DNA from: the human T2T-CHM13v2.0 reference genome, Homo sapiens
Assembly: GCF_009914755.1 (NCBI RefSeq)
Contig: NC_060930.1
DNA: 64,000 nt
Strand: one strand, 5' to 3'
Shown: positions 57,701 through 64,000 of the stretch, piece by piece
Layout of the letters: every line of letters begins with the position of its first letter
Numbering within the stretch: the first letter of the stretch is position 1
The notes under the pieces: generated by a model
Told to the model about the DNA's origin: nothing
The model's input: the letters and a program-made list of their open reading frames with translations, nothing else
The model's database searches: none
Position numbers and translations under genes: made by a program

Positions 57701-58660
57701 ATTACAGGCGTGAGCCACCGTGCTCAGAGCGTGAAAAGATTATCACCACGTTTTAAAGAACCTGTGTGATTCATATCTCTAGAACAATGGTGGAGTTAAA
57801 GGAGGTATGAATGGAGATATTGGCTGGAGACAAACTGAGAAGGGCCTTGTCAATGAAGTTAAAGAACTGAGATTTTATCCCTTAGAAAAGGGAATACTCT
57901 TCTGAGGGTTTTAATAATCTGAGGTTTTAAAACCAAAGAGAAAGAACATATCTGTGTTAATGCTGGTAGCAGTGCAAATGATAGGCTAGAGCTGGGGAGA
58001 TCAGTTAGAAAATTCTAAGCAATATTCCAGATAGGAGATGACATGAATTCAGCCTCCAGAAATGAAAAAAATGTTGAGACTGACTAGATGTAGGAGATAA
58101 GGGAGTGAAGCTGACTGAGGTTTTTAGCCTAGGACACTAGGTAGCGATTTTATGCCTTTTTGTATCATCTACCTGTGTTAGGCATACAGTAAACAACAGT
58201 CTTCAATTTTCACAAGCTAAGGCATTGGCTAAAGTGCTCATCTAGGCCCAGGAATATTCCTTGGTGCCCTGGCAACAGGTAAGCTAATTTGCTGGGACTT
58301 GATCCATTTACCACCCAGAATGGCTGCCTCAGATGCCTCAGCCATCACTGCCTGTGTTCCCCAGTCTGGCTCCTTCCATCCGGTCGTCTCATTACTACCT
58401 GCACCCTACCACGGATGGGGCCCTGCCCTTCGCTCATGCTCTTAGTCTAGTCTAACTCAGTTTACTTTCTGCATTCCTCAAGGTTCACCTTACAATAGCT
58501 TGATTTAAAACAAGGTCTTTGACATCTGCCTAAAGCAATCCTTACCTTCACTGGTTTCCACATTATGTGTGGTTTAAAGAGCATACTATATTGTAGAGTC
58601 TAGCAAAGTAACTATTCATAATAGAGGATTATTAATATTTTTTGAAAATCTGCTATGTAG

Positions 58661-58915
<255 letters not shown>

Positions 58916-59493
58916 TGATCCACCCACCTTGGCCTCCCAAAGTGCTGGGATTACAAGTGTAAGCAACCACACCCAACCTCATTTTCAGTTTTATACTAAT
59001 TTACTATTAGAATACCTGTGGGGGTGGTTGAGTGGGTATGAGAATATAAGTATCCTGGGTTGAAGAGGGAAACTGGTATAATAAACATTTGTGGCCAACA
59101 GTCTATGAGGAGATCATTTAATACTTACTAATTTAGGTCTGAAAATTATGACTGAAAAGGTTAAAATCAATTGCTGACTATAAAGGTTTTATAATGAATA
59201 GTGTATAATCCTTCATGAACCACCATGCAGTGTAGCCAGAATTTCTTCCTTTTACAAGTGTAGTCATGCTTTCAAGTATCAAGGGTCCTTACATATATTG
59301 TGGCAAAACATGAACTGTCTTTTCCAGCTTATTATAAGTCAGTCAGAAATGAGCATTTTCCTTCCCAGTATGATTTCCAAGTTTTTCTTGTTGCATCCTC
59401 AACTGATGGTTCTAGGTAACTGAAACTCCAGTCTTGCCTGCCACTAACAGCCTTTTGTGTGTGTGTGTTTCTTTTCTTTTTAATTTATTCTAG

Positions 59494-59670
59494 GCTGATG
59501 CACCTAATCCAGGACTCATTCCAGATGCAGATGCAGTAGGCGTAACTGTTGTGCTAATTACTTGTACCTATCGAGGACAAGAATTTATTAGAGTTGGCTA
59601 TTATGTAAATAATGAATATACTGAGACAGAATTAAGGGAAAATCCACCAGTAAAACCAGACTTTTCTAAG
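59494..59670 (+). CDS. ASF1A: ASF1A coding exon 3 (177 bp)
   Basis: Polypyrimidine tract and tctAG; ADAPNPGLIPDADAVGVTVVLITCTYRGQEFIRVGYYVNNEYTETELRENPPVKPDFSK, including the histone-binding V94; donor AAG|GTAATG. Confidence 0.98.
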
Positions 59671-59834
59671 GTAATGTTCTTACTATTCCTTTTTAACTAC
59701 TTTTACTATGCAATTTTTAAAGCAGTTGCTATTGCAATTTCATAGTATACTATTAAAATGGCTTTGAGATAAAATAAATATGAGGTCCTTATGCCAACTG
59801 GGCAAACTAATTATTGTTCCATTACCATGGATGA

Positions 59835-60227
<393 letters not shown>

Positions 60228-61243
60228 TAAGACAGGCCTTTGTTTATGGCTTTCTTTATAGCATTTCCCATATTGATTATTCCCATCATGATTCTGTTCA
60301 TTTCAACCTTTAGGACAAACAAATGCATTTTTGTTGTACTAATTATTCAATGATGATATTTTTGTGTGTAACTCTTCCCAAAATTATGAAAGTTTTATGT
60401 TTGTTTTTCCTATGAATACGGTTATCTCAAAACACCTATACGCTTTATCTGCTATTCTTAGAAGTTAAACTAACAGTCTTAAATATTTCTGGTACTGAAA
60501 ACAGCTTAAATTCTGAGTGAGAAGCTGAAATCTAGGATTCAGCATTCTTAAAGATACTTAGTATTTTCTGATTTTTCACTGGGAACTATAACAGTTTGGT
60601 AACTGGTGATTTTGTGAGAGTGCAGAGTAAATGAAGTTGAACCATGCAAGAAAAATTACATGACAATAGAATAGAATGTTCTCATGTTCTTTCTGATAAT
60701 AAGGCCGGACTATTTTTCACCCTTGTTGTACCTTCCATTGATCCAATTTGTTATCCCTGAAGCACCTTATATAGCACAAAAGAAACAGGACTGTTTCTAA
60801 GAATGAGCCATCTTTAAAAGGTGTAGGAAACCATTAATAATAAGTTGTATTTGACAATTTTTCATTTTCCTTTGAAAACATACCAATCTAAACAACATAG
60901 TAGCTTGTTAAATAAAGCATCTTCTGAAGCATTCATTTTCAAAAATGAGGAGATTCTTTCTTTTAGAAAACAGAAGTATAGGAGTTAAATAGTTAAAAAG
61001 CCAGATGAATCCCCTCAGATTCTCCGTATCTTGTTTCTGTTAATCTAAAATAACTTCTTTGCTACAGCCCTAGTCGTTACATCTTATTAGTTATATTTAA
61101 GGTACTTAACTTGAATTATACCTTTGTATATGAACTTAGCCCTTTAGGAGTACTAACATGAACCATTTTATTAAGCTTCTATTTGTATATGGTGATTTAA
61201 CTTTCTTAGTGTTTACCATTTGTATGTTTCCTTTTTCCTCTAG

Positions 61244-61456
61244 CTTCAAAGGAATATTTTGGCATCTAATCCCAGGGTCACAAGATTCCACATTAATTGG
61301 GAAGATAACACAGAAAAACTGGAAGATGCAGAGAGCAGTAATCCAAATCTACAGTCACTTCTTTCAACAGATGCATTACCTTCAGCATCAAAGGGATGGT
61401 CCACATCAGAAAACTCACTAAATGTCATGTTAGAATCCCACATGGACTGCATGTGA
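61244..61456 (+). CDS. ASF1A: ASF1A coding exon 4 (213 bp incl. TGA); total CDS 615 bp = 204 aa
   Basis: Acceptor ctttttcctctAG; LQRNILASNPRVTRFHINWEDNTEKLEDAESSNPNLQSLLSTDALPSASKGWSTSENSLNVMLESHMDCM*. This is the ASF1A-type serine-rich tail with S166/S192, not the ASF1B tail. Confidence 0.98.
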   Translation, partial: LQRNILASNPRVTRFHINWEDNTEKLEDAESSNPNLQSLLSTDALPSASKGWSTSENSLNVMLESHMDCM

Positions 61457-63015
61457 CCACCTACCATCCCTTTAGTACAAATTAAGCTATTAAAAATACA
61501 CAGAACTATTTCCCTGAAATTCCGTAAGTACATAGTCAAAACACAATGTGAAGAATTTGTTTAAAAACATCCTGTAGAAAGTTTATAAGAAAACCAGTAT
61601 TTGAACAAATTGTGGAATATAAATACAACTATTTTTAAGTAATTTTTTTCTCTAATGTGTTATTTTATTTGTTCTGAAACTAATCTGATTAAAGCATATA
61701 TATTATTTTCTTCTCCTTTATATGTAATGAAAGCACTTATAAAGAAACAGGAATCATTAGACCAGGTTGTAAAGATGTCTTGGCCTCCCAGACAGTCTTT
61801 GGACCACTATTTTACTGGCCTTTGAAAGAACAAAGTTTACTTCAACTAAAATGTTTCTTCCTGTGAAGACATATGGTATCATTTTAATTTAAGGGGCAGA
61901 TTTCCATTCTTTTTTGGCATGTCCTTAAAAAGAGGATTTGAAATCAACTATATGCTACCAAGAACTTTAGGATCCAATTTTCCAAGCCACCGTGAAGCCT
62001 CTTATGGCTACTATTATAGTTCATGAGATGTTGGACAGCATTTGGTTTGTTTGGTAAGAGAAGAACAAATATGGCTAATTGTTAATAAGGTCCCCTGGCT
62101 ATGGTTTTTGTTCTTATAACAGAGTTTAGAATATCAGAGCATTTCTTGAATCATACATCATTATTGTCCAGTGAATTCAAGACCAAATACAATATCGGGA
62201 GAAAATACAAACTCCCTGTGTTTAAGAATAGGGGATTATAATGGCTCAAATTGGTTCATTTGATTTCTAAAAATACCATGACCTTTAAAAATTCTTTTAA
62301 TAGATCATGTTATTGGCAGTATTTATATAAAAACCATGGATTTAGAAAGGTATATTTAGCTTTATTATAATAGATACGTTACTATTTTGGAAATATATAT
62401 ATTTTCACACCTGTAGTACTCTTCCCCATTTCCTCTGACACTCATGCAGAATGAGATCAGGCATATTTGTGGTTGACATACTCTAGATAGCTTTTCCAAC
62501 AAATCTTTGAAAAGCAATCTTGGAAAGGAATTCATTAACTAAATGGGGTAAAAGGTTTCTTTTTCTTTGAGAGTTAAGTCCTTCCTCAAAAAATTTTCTT
62601 ATGCTCCATAAAATTGAGGTAGAATATTTTCATTATTCTTGCAGCTAAGCAAGACAGCCATATGATGCAGGTTATGCAGTGCCTTCATATCTAAAACTTT
62701 TATACTGCACTTTTTAAAGCTTTTATGTTGAGGAAAGGAAAAGGGCATTTGTCTAAACATGGATTCTGAGTTGTATATATTTCCTATCATTCTAAAAAAG
62801 TGAATTTGTGAAGCAAAGTTTTGCCAGATGTTAAACTTTGAATTTAATATACCAGATTATTAAAATATTGTCCATTAACTAGTTCATAGATTTTAAAAGT
62901 AAAATACTTCTGACTGTTAAAACTATATAAAGAAAATCTCATTTGTCTAATTGCAATTAAAAGAAAAATGTTAAAATATTAAAATGAAAATAAAAGCATT
63001 ACTTTCCAACAAAGA
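61457..63015 (+). other. ASF1A: ASF1A 3'UTR (approximate end)
   Basis: Repeat-free AU-rich sequence after the stop codon, running to AATAAA at 62989; the cleavage site is inferred. Confidence 0.7.
62989..62994 (+). terminator. Polyadenylation signal AATAAA (further AATAAA near 63060 and 63087)
   Basis: Canonical hexamer at the end of the unique 3'UTR block. Confidence 0.65.
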
Positions 63016-63675
63016 GCTCAGTGGTTAATATAATAGGAACAACATATGTGCTTATTAGAAATAAAGCATATACAGCCAAATCACCAAATAAAGCCATTTA
63101 CTGCTGAGTTTTTATTCTGACTAATTATAACAATCTATTTGTAGTGACATCAAAGGGTTAGGTTTTTGTATCAAGTTGTAAATGGACAACCAATTTTCAC
63201 TTAAGCTTGGGACATGCGAACCATTACCTTTTGTTATCTTAAATTTTATCACTCTAAGAATTTTTTTAATGACTGAAAATAGATTTAGACTTCAAACATT
63301 AGAAACGTAAGAAACTGTAGCACATAAGTTTTTTTTCCACCCGGTCTAGCGTCATTTGCCAATACTGTATCTGAAGAACTATTTTCCACCCTTTTGCTCA
63401 TAGTAAATAGCTGTGTCCTAAGAATATAAACATGAACCAATGACTTATGCCACTAAGATGGAGGCATTAAGGGTATTATTTGGGCTGAGAAAACATTCCA
63501 GAGGTCTGAAGAAGTATGCATGCATTTATTTGCCCATTCATAACCTTATACAACTTTAGGCTCCCATATAACTATACCCTCTAATTTTAGGATTTGGGGT
63601 TTCTAGCTTTCCCAAGAATGTCTATGGCAGCAGTTATCAAAACTTTTTACCATAATCCATGGTATAAAAAACTTA

Positions 63676-63978
<303 letters not shown>

Positions 63979-64000
63979 ACTCCATAACAAGTTTATATTT

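Overview
Primate, almost certainly human, genomic DNA rich in Alu and L1, from the MCM9/ASF1A locus. One internal coding exon of the MCM9 helicase lies on the - strand (10225-10399; AAA+ Walker B CCIDEF and presensor region). The complete 4-exon histone H3-H4 chaperone gene ASF1A lies on the + strand (CDS 48257-48365, 54608-54723, 59494-59670, 61244-61456; 204 aa), with a CpG-island promoter at ~47.7-49.2 kb and a ~1.55 kb 3'UTR. ASF1A is nested antisense inside a >53 kb MCM9 intron. The 11-43 kb region is a multi-level stack of nested transposons (old L1M elements, MER1A split by a MER52 LTR, MST/MLT LTRs, Tigger, L1PB/L1PA, many Alus), and several target-site duplications can still be read. 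I see no convincing wholly new system. The best lead is that the ASF1A CpG island also carries - strand splice donors, one in frame with the downstream MCM9 exon, so it may act as an internal promoter for an N-terminally truncated MCM9. Repeat subfamily names come from visual recall of consensus sequences and repeat boundaries are approximate.
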